Below are positions 8,702 through 17,756 of a DNA stretch of 36,210 bases, one piece after another. A model generated the notes under the pieces. That model searched no databases. It saw only the letters and a program-made list of their open reading frames with translations, and had not been told where the DNA came from. Numbering within the stretch: position 1 is the stretch's first letter; every line of letters begins with the position of its first letter. The position numbers and the translations under genes are program-made. This stretch comes from Nanobdellota archaeon (GTDB lineage Archaea > Nanobdellota > Nanobdellia > Pacearchaeales > GW2011-AR1). The stretch is from positions 1 through 36,210 of the forward strand of contig JBBSYD010000045.1 of NCBI GenBank assembly GCA_038045425.1, in the 5' to 3' direction.

Positions 8702-9853
8702 ATGGTGAGATATTTTAGAATTGTTTTTTGCTCTTTGCTCTTTGCTCTTATGATTTTACCTGCGGTTTATGCCGGCTCTTTAGGTATGAGTCCTTCCAAT
8801 TTTAGGTTTGATTTTAAACCTGGACTGGAAGAAATGATTACTATTAAAGTAGGAGATTCTGATTTAAATCAACTTATTAGTATTTCTGTTTCGGGAGATT
8901 TAAGTCAATATGTAAATGTAAGTGCTACTAGTTTTGTAGGAACTGGAGAATTAAAGGTAAAATTAAAACTTCCAAAGAGTATTGATAAACCTGGAAAACA
9001 TAGGATACTTATTGGAGCTACTGAAAATTTCGTTTCTGAAGGGAAAGAAATGTTTGGAGGGGCGTCTTCAGTTTTAGTTCCTATAGATATAATTGTTCCT
9101 TATCCAGGCAGATATCTGGAAGCAGAATTTAATATATTCAATGCAAATGAAAATGAGGACATCCCTTATAATTTAATAATTAATAATCTTGGAGTACAGG
9201 ATGTAAATTTTAGTTACGAGGTTGCTATTTTTAGTAATGTTTCTACTTCTCCATTAATTAGTTTTGGGAATTTGTCTTATCTAGAGTCGACACAGGGAAT
9301 TTTAATTTCAGATTTTATAAAAAATTCTAGTTTGAAACCCGGAAATTATATGGGATTTGCTAAGATAAATTATGGGTCCGAGATTAATCTTAATAGTAGT
9401 TTTAGAATAGGAACTTTTATTATTAATATAACTGATTATGATTATCAATTTATTGCTGGAAAAATTAATCCTTTTTCTATTCATACTAGTAGTTTGTGGA
9501 ATTCTAAAATAAATGAGGTATATATGGAAGTTTCAGTTGTAGCTCCAGAGATTATTAAAGATTATTTTAAGAGTTCAAGTTATTCATTTGAACCTTTAGA
9601 GGAAAAGAATCTTACTGGTTATATAGATGCTACAAATATTAGTGTTGGAAGATATGTAGGTAATATACTTCTTAATTACGATGGAAAATCAACTAGTAAA
9701 TTAGTAGCATTTTATTTTGTTGAACCTGAAATTACTGAAGCGGAGAAATTATTACACATTGCTGAAGGGGTTATTGTTTTATTGGGTTGTGTAACTTTAT
9801 TTTTGTTGACAAAAATGTTTATTAATCGAAGAAATATGAGGAATGTTAAATGA
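8702..9853 (+). CDS. Secreted, C-terminally anchored multi-CARDB/Ig-like surface protein (module protein A2)
   Basis: It has the signal peptide MVRYFRIVFCSLLFALMILPAVYA|GSLGMSP and a C-terminal TM helix followed by NRRNMRNVK. It is a paralog of 6572..7771. Confidence 0.8.
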   Translation: MVRYFRIVFCSLLFALMILPAVYAGSLGMSPSNFRFDFKPGLEEMITIKVGDSDLNQLISISVSGDLSQYVNVSATSFVGTGELKVKLKLPKSIDKPGKHRILIGATENFVSEGKEMFGGASSVLVPIDIIVPYPGRYLEAEFNIFNANENEDIPYNLIINNLGVQDVNFSYEVAIFSNVSTSPLISFGNLSYLESTQGILISDFIKNSSLKPGNYMGFAKINYGSEINLNSSFRIGTFIINITDYDYQFIAGKINPFSIHTSSLWNSKINEVYMEVSVVAPEIIKDYFKSSSYSFEPLEEKNLTGYIDATNISVGRYVGNILLNYDGKSTSKLVAFYFVEPEITEAEKLLHIAEGVIVLLGCVTLFLLTKMFINRRNMRNVK

Positions 9854-10278
9854 AAGCTAAGAAAATTATTTTTTTTGTAGGTTTAGGTTTATTATTTGTT
9901 TTAGTGTTATTCTTCATTTTTATTAATTTTAATACTCTTCAAAAACAAGAGTATGATACTACTTTTGAAATCGGAGAAACTTCAGGTTTTGATTTGAATA
10001 CTAGTGCTTTGACTTTTGGAAGAATATCCTTTAATTCTTCTTCAACTAGGTCTATTTTAGTTAGGAATGATTTTGCTATTCCTGTTTTTGTTTCATTATA
10101 TATCTCTGGAAATATCTCTAAATTAATTTCTATTTCTGAAAATGATTTTCGACTCGTTCCAGGGGAAAATAAATCAATTGAATTTAAGGCATATTCTAAT
10201 GCAGATTTAGGGAAATATACTGGCAAGGTCACTTTAGTTGTAAAAAGATATGAGGGTTTGTTTAATGGAAAATTATGA
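9850..10278 (+). CDS. 142-aa membrane-anchored single Ig-like/beta-sandwich protein (module protein B2)
   Basis: It has an ATGA start/stop overlap with A2, and GAGGA 7 nt upstream. An N-terminal TM helix is followed by an FG..S..R.I.V.N..VPGE.K.IEF..GKYTGKVTLVV pattern typical of small beta-sandwich domains. Confidence 0.65.
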   Translation: MKAKKIIFFVGLGLLFVLVLFFIFINFNTLQKQEYDTTFEIGETSGFDLNTSALTFGRISFNSSSTRSILVRNDFAIPVFVSLYISGNISKLISISENDFRLVPGENKSIEFKAYSNADLGKYTGKVTLVVKRYEGLFNGKL

Positions 10279-10852
10279 ATATTATTTTATTATAGTTTTT
10301 TTAATGGGAATTATTTTAATGGTTTTTATTCCTTATTCTACAGTTGGAAGGGCAATAGGAACGGCAGAGGGAACATTAAATGTTACTATTGAGACTACGA
10401 CTAGTCTTAATTTTACGGTAAATCTTGTTAATTTCGGTAGTGGAAGTGTAGCTCTTGGACATAGTAATGCTACACTGGATACTTTAGGTAATGTTATTGA
10501 TGGGAATTGGACTCCTGTAACGGATGGGTTTACTTTGGAGAATATTGGTAATACTAATCTTTCAGTTTATATAAAATCTGATAGCGATGCAGATATTTTT
10601 TTGGGTGGAACGAATCCAGCATATTATTATATGATGAGTAATCTTGAGTTGAATAGTTGTTCTAATGAGTCTTTACCTTTTTCTTCTTGGACTTCAGTGA
10701 ACACTACGGGTTATGGTGATAAAGTGTGTAATGAGTTTCAACCTGTTTTAACTAATAATAGTCTTAGACTTGATTTGAAATTAGTTATTCCTTCTGATGC
10801 TTTGCTGGGAGAAAGAACTGATACGTTTACAGCTACTGGAATAAGTTCCTAA
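10265..10852 (+). CDS. Secreted beta-rich protein with a TasA/camelysin-like pattern (module protein C2), paralog of 8024..8659
   Basis: I prefer ATG 10265 (GAGGG 8 nt upstream) over ATG 10250. A TM/signal segment is followed by AIGTAEGTLNVTIETT..VNFGSGS..FTLENIGNTNLSV..KLVIPS. Confidence 0.7.
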   Translation: MENYEYYFIIVFLMGIILMVFIPYSTVGRAIGTAEGTLNVTIETTTSLNFTVNLVNFGSGSVALGHSNATLDTLGNVIDGNWTPVTDGFTLENIGNTNLSVYIKSDSDADIFLGGTNPAYYYMMSNLELNSCSNESLPFSSWTSVNTTGYGDKVCNEFQPVLTNNSLRLDLKLVIPSDALLGERTDTFTATGISS

Positions 10853-10918
10853 ATTATTCTAATAATGTTTATATAGTTATTTTTCTATTGAAGTTTAATC
10901 AATATTGTGGTGATTTTC

Positions 10919-12907
10919 ATGAAAAAAGGAGCATTTATTTTGATAGGAGTATTTGTAATGTTATTTGTAATTTTTTTTAATATTTCTGCTTTAGAACAGA
11001 ATCAGGCGGAAGTTAGGTTTACTAATTTGGGGCAGCCAATTACAATAATTGAACCTCAAAATATAACATATAATTTTAATATCGGAGAGAATTATAGCAT
11101 TTTCATTAATGCGAGTTCTTCTTTTAATCTTAGTTTTTGGAGGTATACTTTATTTGATGTTACTCATGGAGTTGAAAAGGCGGGGACTTTTTCTATAGGT
11201 AATAATAATGCTTCTGCAGTAAGTGGATTTATGGATGCTTATAGATGGAGTAATAAGTTTACTATTTTTGGAAAGGATGTTAATAATCAAGAGTATAATA
11301 AATCAGTATTCTTTTTTGTTAATATTTCAAATTCTGCTCCGATTATAGAGAATTATTCAGAGCAAATCTTCGTGTGTGAGAATACATCTCTTAAGGCATA
11401 TTTTACTTCTTACGATGTTGATGAAAATGCTATGAGTGTTTCTATTTATCCGTTATCTCCATTTTATATTACTCCTTTTGTTTCTATAGGATATACTAGA
11501 TTAGTAGCAGAGATTTATTCTGGAATTTTGGGAAAGAGCAGAGTGGGCAATTATCAGAGAACTATAAGTGTTAGTGATGGACAATATTCAGATTCAAAAT
11601 CAATCAATATTACAGTTATAGGGATAAATAATCCTCCAGTTATTCAGAATTTAGGAGTTCAGACGGTTTGGTTAGTAGGTGCTAATAGCATGTTTAATAA
11701 AACTCTCCAGGTAACTGATTTGGAGGATGGAAATCAGGATTTAGGTAATCTAAATTTAACCATTAATTTTTCTGGAAGAAGATTATTTGAAATTAATTCT
11801 AGTGGGGAAATGTATTATATTCCTATTGAGAGCGATATCGGAGTTCACAATATTACGGTTTGTGCAGAAGATAATGGATTGAGTTCGGTTCATCAAAATA
11901 TTAGTTTATGTAATAAAACTGGAGAGAAAATTAAAACTTGTAATAATTTTAGTTTAACTGTGACAAATGAGAATAGAGCACCAACAATAACTTCTTATTT
12001 TCCTAGTAATTTATTTTTAAGTGTTAATGGGGAGGAATCTATCTTGTTTAATATTACTAAATATGACCCTGATTTTACTATTCCAGATTCTTATTGGTAT
12101 GTTGATGGAGTTTTAACTAATTATTATTCTGGTAGTTCTAATGATACCTTTAATTATTTATTTGGTTGCGGAGTTTTTGGGAATCATACTATAAAAGTAG
12201 AAATAACTGATGGTGCTTTAAATGATTCTTTGACTTGGAATGTAGGTGTTTCTCTTATTTCTTGTTCAGTTCCTGAATCTAGTGGCGGGGGAGGAGGTGG
12301 TGGAGGCGGAGGAGCATCTTGTGAGGCTAAGTTTGCATGTGATGAGTGGGCAGTATGTCAGAATGCTGAAGAGTCGCTTACTAATGGAATTATTTCTGGA
12401 GAAGATTATAGAGTTATTAAAGAGAAATGTAATAATTTAGGATATAATGATAATAATTGTGGATTTCAACTTAGATATTGCACTGATTTAAATAATTGTA
12501 CTAGAGTATTGCCTTCTGGTTCAAGTTTAAATGAGTGTTTTTTTACGGTTAATCCTAGTTGTAATGATGGAATAAAGAATTGCCACGATACTGGATGTGA
12601 ATTATTAGTTGATTGCGGAGGGCCTTGTTCAATTTGTCCTACTTGTTCAGATGGGTTGCTTAATCAGAATGAGCAAGATGTTGATTGCGGAGGGCCTTGT
12701 CCATTTAGTTGTAAAAAAGTCGAAAGTTCAAATTTATGGACTGTGTTCTTATCGTTTTTGAATAGTAGTCCAGGTATTCAGATTGTTTTGGCAGGATTAA
12801 TTTTAGTTGTAGTGATACTAATTATTTACTTAATTAGAAGGATATCGTTAATTAAACAGGAGAAAAAGAGATTGATATATAGATATTTCAAAAACAAAGA
12901 TGAATAA
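10919..12907 (+). CDS. Anchored surface protein: cadherin-like/Ig repeats, Gly hinge, Cys-rich DCGGPC modules, TM anchor
   Basis: I trimmed the start to ATG 10919 (MKKGAFILIGVFVMLFVIFF). Repeat boundaries are NSAPIIEN, NNPPVIQN and NRAPTITS, with acidic D.DE/DLEDGN loops. About ten Gly codons at 12284-12313 are followed by the Cys-rich region and a TM helix with a basic tail. Confidence 0.85.
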   Translation: MKKGAFILIGVFVMLFVIFFNISALEQNQAEVRFTNLGQPITIIEPQNITYNFNIGENYSIFINASSSFNLSFWRYTLFDVTHGVEKAGTFSIGNNNASAVSGFMDAYRWSNKFTIFGKDVNNQEYNKSVFFFVNISNSAPIIENYSEQIFVCENTSLKAYFTSYDVDENAMSVSIYPLSPFYITPFVSIGYTRLVAEIYSGILGKSRVGNYQRTISVSDGQYSDSKSINITVIGINNPPVIQNLGVQTVWLVGANSMFNKTLQVTDLEDGNQDLGNLNLTINFSGRRLFEINSSGEMYYIPIESDIGVHNITVCAEDNGLSSVHQNISLCNKTGEKIKTCNNFSLTVTNENRAPTITSYFPSNLFLSVNGEESILFNITKYDPDFTIPDSYWYVDGVLTNYYSGSSNDTFNYLFGCGVFGNHTIKVEITDGALNDSLTWNVGVSLISCSVPESSGGGGGGGGGGASCEAKFACDEWAVCQNAEESLTNGIISGEDYRVIKEKCNNLGYNDNNCGFQLRYCTDLNNCTRVLPSGSSLNECFFTVNPSCNDGIKNCHDTGCELLVDCGGPCSICPTCSDGLLNQNEQDVDCGGPCPFSCKKVESSNLWTVFLSFLNSSPGIQIVLAGLILVVVILIIYLIRRISLIKQEKKRLIYRYFKNKDE

Positions 12908-15900
12908 AAATAAAATTAGTTGTTGTAATGAAAGAATGGGTTTTAGGTATTTAGGTATTTTTGTTTTTGTTTTGATATTTTTTACTGGAATTGCGTGGGC
13001 GATTGATTGGATAGGTACTCCTTGGACTACAACTACTCAAGGAACTGAAGATGGTAGTCCTTCAGTTAGTTTTAATTTAAGTCAGTATATCTCTTATACT
13101 GCTGGAGAACTTCCTTTAAGTTTTATGTTTGGTGCTGATCAAAATATCTCTTCTTCTCTTTACGGTTCAAAGGTAACTTCCTTTTATTCTTGGATAACAT
13201 TGAATTCTTCTAGTGGGATACTAACTATTAATTCAACAAATGATAATCAAACGGGAGAATTTAATATTTCTTTAGTTACTTATGAAATTGGAGGGACTAG
13301 TGTTGCTGCTAAAGTATTTCCTTTTTTGATAAATGCAACTAACGATGTTCCTAATTTTACTCTTGTAAGTAATTATACTATGAGTGTGATGAGCACGAAT
13401 AATACCAATTCATTTAATTTAACTGGAAGTGATGAAGAACAGCATTATCCTCTTAGTTATAATATAAGTTTTAATTCATGTTCTTTGGCGGCTTGGAGTT
13501 CTAGAATTGGAACTTCTAATAATTGTAATCTTTCTTATCTTATAACTGGTTCAAGTAATATTACTTCGGTATTGAATATAACTGATTATGGGGGCAATGA
13601 TATTGGAACTTATAATGTAACTATTTGTGCAAAGGAAAATGTTAATTCTGTAGCTTTACCTACTTATCGGGATTCTAGTTATAACACTAATAGGTCAGTT
13701 TGTAAGAATACTACTTTGATTGTTGAAAGAGCATTGTCGATAAATGTTTCTAATTGTTCTAATAGTATTCTTAATGAAAGTGTTGCTTTTAGTTGTTATG
13801 TTAATGTAACTACTAAGGGTGAAATCGATTCTTTGCTTGCTTGGAGTAATTCTACTTTAAGAAACACTGGAGCAGGACTTTCGAATTCAAGTTGGTTTTT
13901 TCTTAGTAACTCTTCTAGTTCAAGTAACTATTCTCAGTCATATTATATTGCTGTAACTCCTCAGAAGACCGAGATTGGAAATTTAACTGTAAATTTTACA
14001 GTTAGAGATATTACTACTGGTGAAAATTCTTCTTCTTTGATTTATATTTATGTTAATAGAACTACAAATTCTGTTCCAGTTATAACTTCCATAAGTAATG
14101 TCGTTACTTCAGTAGATTTACCTACTAATATTTCTTTTAATGTTTCAGATAATGATTTATTAATTCCTGATAAGGCGTTATATAATGAAAGTGCGAATAT
14201 TACTTGGAGTATACTTAATGTTTCAGATAATAGTCAAGTATTAAGTTTAAGTGATTTTGATATTTTAAGCTCTGGAACGGGATTGGGAGTAATTAGTAAT
14301 TTGACGAGGGCTAGAATTGAGTTTACTGCGAGTTCAATTGAATCGGGGAATTATACTATTAATTTAAGTGTTCGTGATGAGGATGATGCTTTAGCGTATA
14401 CTTTATTCAATATTAGTATCTTAAATAATCATCCTCCTTTATGGATTAATCCTATTCAAACTACTTTTATGGTAAATGAAACGCAAAATGTTTATCTTAA
14501 TTTATCACTTAATGTTTCGGATGAGGATGAAGATATTCTTACTTTTTCTTATGTGTTGAATAATTCTTTTCCTTCTTTTAATTTAAATTCTTCTACAGGG
14601 ATAATCAATTTTACAGGGAATGATTCGGATGTTGGGCAACATTTGGTTAATATTACGGTTAATGATGGATATTTAAGTAATGTTACTGAGTTTAATTTTA
14701 CTATTCTAAATCTTAATGATAATTTGACGATTGAGTCTTTTTCGGATTATGGCTTTTTGAACTCAACTACAAATTCTAATACTACTGAAGATACTTTGAC
14801 TAATATTACTCTTTGGATATATGATAACGATATTTTAATTCCTTCTGGGCAAAAAGCATTTTATAATGAGAGTTTTATGATTAATGTTACAATAGAAGGA
14901 GCTAATACTTCGCTGTTTAGTAGTTTTTCAAAAACTTCTGCATTTCCTGATTCTAGTTATCCGAATAAAACTGAATATATTGCAAATTTTACTCCTGGAA
15001 AAGCAGATGTGGGAAATTATAATATTACTATTAATGTAACAGACGCAAGTAATTATTCTAGCGTTTTGAGATTTAATATGACTGTATTAGAATTAAGTCA
15101 TAATCCTACTTTAACTGCAGTGAGTAATCAAACTGCATCCATTTTACAAACGTTCAATTATAATTTTAGTGCATCAGATGTTGAAGATGGAAATTCAAGT
15201 ATTTCTGGAAACACTAATTTTATATTTTATATAAATGATTCCTTAAGTTTAATTAATTTTAATTCAAGTTATTTTAATAATAATACTGGAGTTTTATCTG
15301 TTCTTTTCAATCAGACTCAAGCAGGAAATCATCTTATTTCTCTTACTGTTTCCGATAGTGATGGAATGAACGCTAGCACTACTTTTGGGTTGAAAGTTTA
15401 CGATTATCCTAATGTTACTTATCCTTCTAATTTGACTTCCTATAACGCTACTGAAAATTCTTCAACTAATTTTATCTTTGCTATTAATCATACTGTTGCA
15501 GATTCTCTTAATTATTCTTTTTATTTGAATTCAGTTTTAATTAATGCTTCTTATTCAATTGCGAACGGGAGTAATATAACTTTTATATTTACTCCTAATT
15601 TTACTCAAGAGAGTTATGGTACGAATTCTAATTTGAGTTTGTTTGTTTATAATTCGGTTTATTCTGAATTAAACTCTACAGGTTTGTTTTACTTTAATAT
15701 AAGTCATGCTAATTATCCTGTTGTGCTATATGCTAATATCTCAAATCAGAGTTCTTCTTCTAATTTGACTTTATCTCTTAAAGATTATTTTAGAGATTTT
15801 GATGCGGATGATGTTAATATAAATCAATCGATTAGATTTAATTATACTTTAGTTAATCTTTCTTCTGGAGCAATTTCTATTACTCAAAATAATTGGGTTA

Positions 15901-16763
15901 ATGGTAGTAGCCCGAATATTACATTTAGTGCGAGTGCGTCTTCTTCTGCTATTTATTCAATTAGTGCATATGAATATAATGAAAGTAACGATTCTCAGAT
16001 TATTAGAAATCTGTCAAGTAATAACTTTTCTGTTGATTTAAATGTTGAAGTGGTTTCTACTCCTTCTCCTTCTACTGGTGGGGGCGGTGGAGGAAGTTCG
16101 GATACAGTTAATACTATAAAGATTATAGTTTCTCCTCTGGAAGTTATAGAACAAGATGGATATTTTAGTATTCCTTTTCAGATAAAAAATACTGGGCAGG
16201 GGACTCTGAGCGGAATAAATCTTGATAGTCTTTTGGCTTTGAGCATACAGGGGGAAGTTAATATTAGTCTTTCTAAATTGTACATCGATTCTCTTTCTTC
16301 TGGAGAATCTGAAGAGGTAATTCTTTATATCTTTGCAGATACTAATAAATCTGGAAAATATTTAGTTACTTTATTTGCAAATGTTACTTCTCCTAAGATT
16401 TCTGATTGGGCAGATTTTTATTTAGAAATTATAGAACCTAAGCGGAAAGTTAAAGAGATAATCATATTTACGGAACAACTTATGGTAGATAATCCTGAAT
16501 GTAGAGAGTTAAATGAGTTGCTCAATGAGGCTAAGAGTTTAATGGCAAATAATGATTTTGATGCTGCTTTCAATAAGGCACAAGAAGCAATTGATGGTTG
16601 TAGGAAAATAATGGCTCTAGATAGTAAGAGGAGTCTAACTCAAAATTTGTATGGGGATTACACTTATTATTTTCTTCTTACATTTTTAGTAATGGCTATG
16701 TTCTTAATCTATATTTTATACAAAAGAGCAAGGTTTAAAAGTAAATTTCCCCATAATATATGA
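12900..16763 (+). CDS. Giant anchored surface protein with multiple cadherin-like repeats, Gly hinge, CARDB-like domain, helical stalk, TM anchor
   Basis: ATG 12900 overlaps the upstream stop by 8 nt. The signal-anchor is GFRYLGIFVFVLIFFTGIAWA. Repeat boundaries are NDVPNFT, NSVPVIT, NHPPLWI and SHNPTLT. Six Gly codons sit at 16077-16094. The C-terminal TM is YYFLLTFLVMAMFLIYILYKRARFK. Confidence 0.9.
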   Translation: MNKNKISCCNERMGFRYLGIFVFVLIFFTGIAWAIDWIGTPWTTTTQGTEDGSPSVSFNLSQYISYTAGELPLSFMFGADQNISSSLYGSKVTSFYSWITLNSSSGILTINSTNDNQTGEFNISLVTYEIGGTSVAAKVFPFLINATNDVPNFTLVSNYTMSVMSTNNTNSFNLTGSDEEQHYPLSYNISFNSCSLAAWSSRIGTSNNCNLSYLITGSSNITSVLNITDYGGNDIGTYNVTICAKENVNSVALPTYRDSSYNTNRSVCKNTTLIVERALSINVSNCSNSILNESVAFSCYVNVTTKGEIDSLLAWSNSTLRNTGAGLSNSSWFFLSNSSSSSNYSQSYYIAVTPQKTEIGNLTVNFTVRDITTGENSSSLIYIYVNRTTNSVPVITSISNVVTSVDLPTNISFNVSDNDLLIPDKALYNESANITWSILNVSDNSQVLSLSDFDILSSGTGLGVISNLTRARIEFTASSIESGNYTINLSVRDEDDALAYTLFNISILNNHPPLWINPIQTTFMVNETQNVYLNLSLNVSDEDEDILTFSYVLNNSFPSFNLNSSTGIINFTGNDSDVGQHLVNITVNDGYLSNVTEFNFTILNLNDNLTIESFSDYGFLNSTTNSNTTEDTLTNITLWIYDNDILIPSGQKAFYNESFMINVTIEGANTSLFSSFSKTSAFPDSSYPNKTEYIANFTPGKADVGNYNITINVTDASNYSSVLRFNMTVLELSHNPTLTAVSNQTASILQTFNYNFSASDVEDGNSSISGNTNFIFYINDSLSLINFNSSYFNNNTGVLSVLFNQTQAGNHLISLTVSDSDGMNASTTFGLKVYDYPNVTYPSNLTSYNATENSSTNFIFAINHTVADSLNYSFYLNSVLINASYSIANGSNITFIFTPNFTQESYGTNSNLSLFVYNSVYSELNSTGLFYFNISHANYPVVLYANISNQSSSSNLTLSLKDYFRDFDADDVNINQSIRFNYTLVNLSSGAISITQNNWVNGSSPNITFSASASSSAIYSISAYEYNESNDSQIIRNLSSNNFSVDLNVEVVSTPSPSTGGGGGGSSDTVNTIKIIVSPLEVIEQDGYFSIPFQIKNTGQGTLSGINLDSLLALSIQGEVNISLSKLYIDSLSSGESEEVILYIFADTNKSGKYLVTLFANVTSPKISDWADFYLEIIEPKRKVKEIIIFTEQLMVDNPECRELNELLNEAKSLMANNDFDAAFNKAQEAIDGCRKIMALDSKRSLTQNLYGDYTYYFLLTFLVMAMFLIYILYKRARFKSKFPHNI

Positions 16764-17755
16764 TGCGAAATAAAGAGCGTAGATATATTCCTGAAAGTGT
16801 TCTTCAAAAAACTTCAAGGGATATAGAAAAAATTGAGGAAGAGGTTTCTAAGGTTGTTATGGGTCAGAAAGATATAGTTCAACATATTATTCAGGCAATT
16901 TTATGTAATGGGCATATACTAATTGAAGGAGTACCTGGAGTTGCTAAGACTTTAATTGTTAGAGCTCTTGCGGCAGTTACCGGGTGCGATATGAAAAGAA
17001 TTCAGTTTACTGTAGATTTGTTACCTAGCGATATAATTGGAATTAATAGCTATAATCCTTCTACTAAGGTGTTTAGTTTTAAAGAAGGACCTGTTTTTAC
17101 TAATTTTCTTATAGCTGATGAAATAAATAGAAGTCCTCCAAAAACGCAGTCTGCTCTTCTTCAGGCAATGCAGGAAAAGGAAGTCTCTGTTGGAAATGAT
17201 ACTCATGACATAAAAAAACCTTTTTTAGTTATGGCAACTCAAAATCCAATTGAACAATCTGGGGTATATAATCTTCCAGAGGCAGAAGTGGATAGATTTT
17301 TATTTAAAATAAACATTGATTATCCTCAGTTTGCAGAGGAGATAAGTATTTTGGATACTAATATTACTATGCATAATTTTGATGATTATAACCTTAAGGA
17401 AGTGATTTCTCGAGTGGATATACTAAATTTGCAACAAAGGGTAAAAGAAGTTTTTAGTTCAAAGGAGATAAAAGACTATCTTGTAAAAATTGTTCATTTA
17501 ACTAGAGATAAGAATAAATCTTATTCTAAGTATATAAGTTTGGGAGCTAGTCCTAGAGGAGCAATTGCATTACATATAGCTTCAAAGGCTAAAGCTTTAA
17601 TGAGCGGAAGGGATTATGTTCTTCCGGAAGATGTAAATGCTGTTGCTAAGCCGGTTTTAAGGCATAGACTTATTTTAAATTATAAAGCTGAGGCAGAGAA
17701 GGTTACTCCAGACAAAGTCATAGAAGAGATATTAAATCATTTAAATCCAGCTTAA
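16760..17755 (+). CDS. moxR: MoxR-family AAA+ ATPase
   Basis: It has an ATGA overlap with the upstream giant gene. Motifs present are Walker A GVPGVAKT, Walker B FLIADEINR, ATQNPIEQSGVYNLPEAEVDRF and the C-terminal GASPRGAIAL lid. Confidence 0.95.
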   Translation: MMRNKERRYIPESVLQKTSRDIEKIEEEVSKVVMGQKDIVQHIIQAILCNGHILIEGVPGVAKTLIVRALAAVTGCDMKRIQFTVDLLPSDIIGINSYNPSTKVFSFKEGPVFTNFLIADEINRSPPKTQSALLQAMQEKEVSVGNDTHDIKKPFLVMATQNPIEQSGVYNLPEAEVDRFLFKINIDYPQFAEEISILDTNITMHNFDDYNLKEVISRVDILNLQQRVKEVFSSKEIKDYLVKIVHLTRDKNKSYSKYISLGASPRGAIALHIASKAKALMSGRDYVLPEDVNAVAKPVLRHRLILNYKAEAEKVTPDKVIEEILNHLNPA

Positions 17756-17756
17756 A

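Noticed and set aside
9939-10232. 97-aa minus-strand ORF covering almost the whole 142-aa B2 gene
   Set aside because: The plus-strand ORF has an ATGA-coupled start, an SD site, a TM helix and fits the operon. The antisense ORF has none of these and would interrupt a 19-kb co-directional operon.
12246-12440. Alternative-frame ORF 12246..12440 (+), and the poly-Pro ORF 21619..21873 (-)
   Set aside because: Both exist only because the (GGN)n glycine tracts are stop-free in other frames and on the other strand. They lie entirely inside well-supported long ORFs.
12760-12907. PGF-CTERM/archaeosortase-like sorting signal (SSPGIQIVLAGLILVVVILIIYLIRR)
   Set aside because: It has PGI rather than PGF, and about 20 further residues follow the basic patch. 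The other anchored proteins in the window lack any P-G-F-like tripeptide. I interpret these as plain TM anchors.
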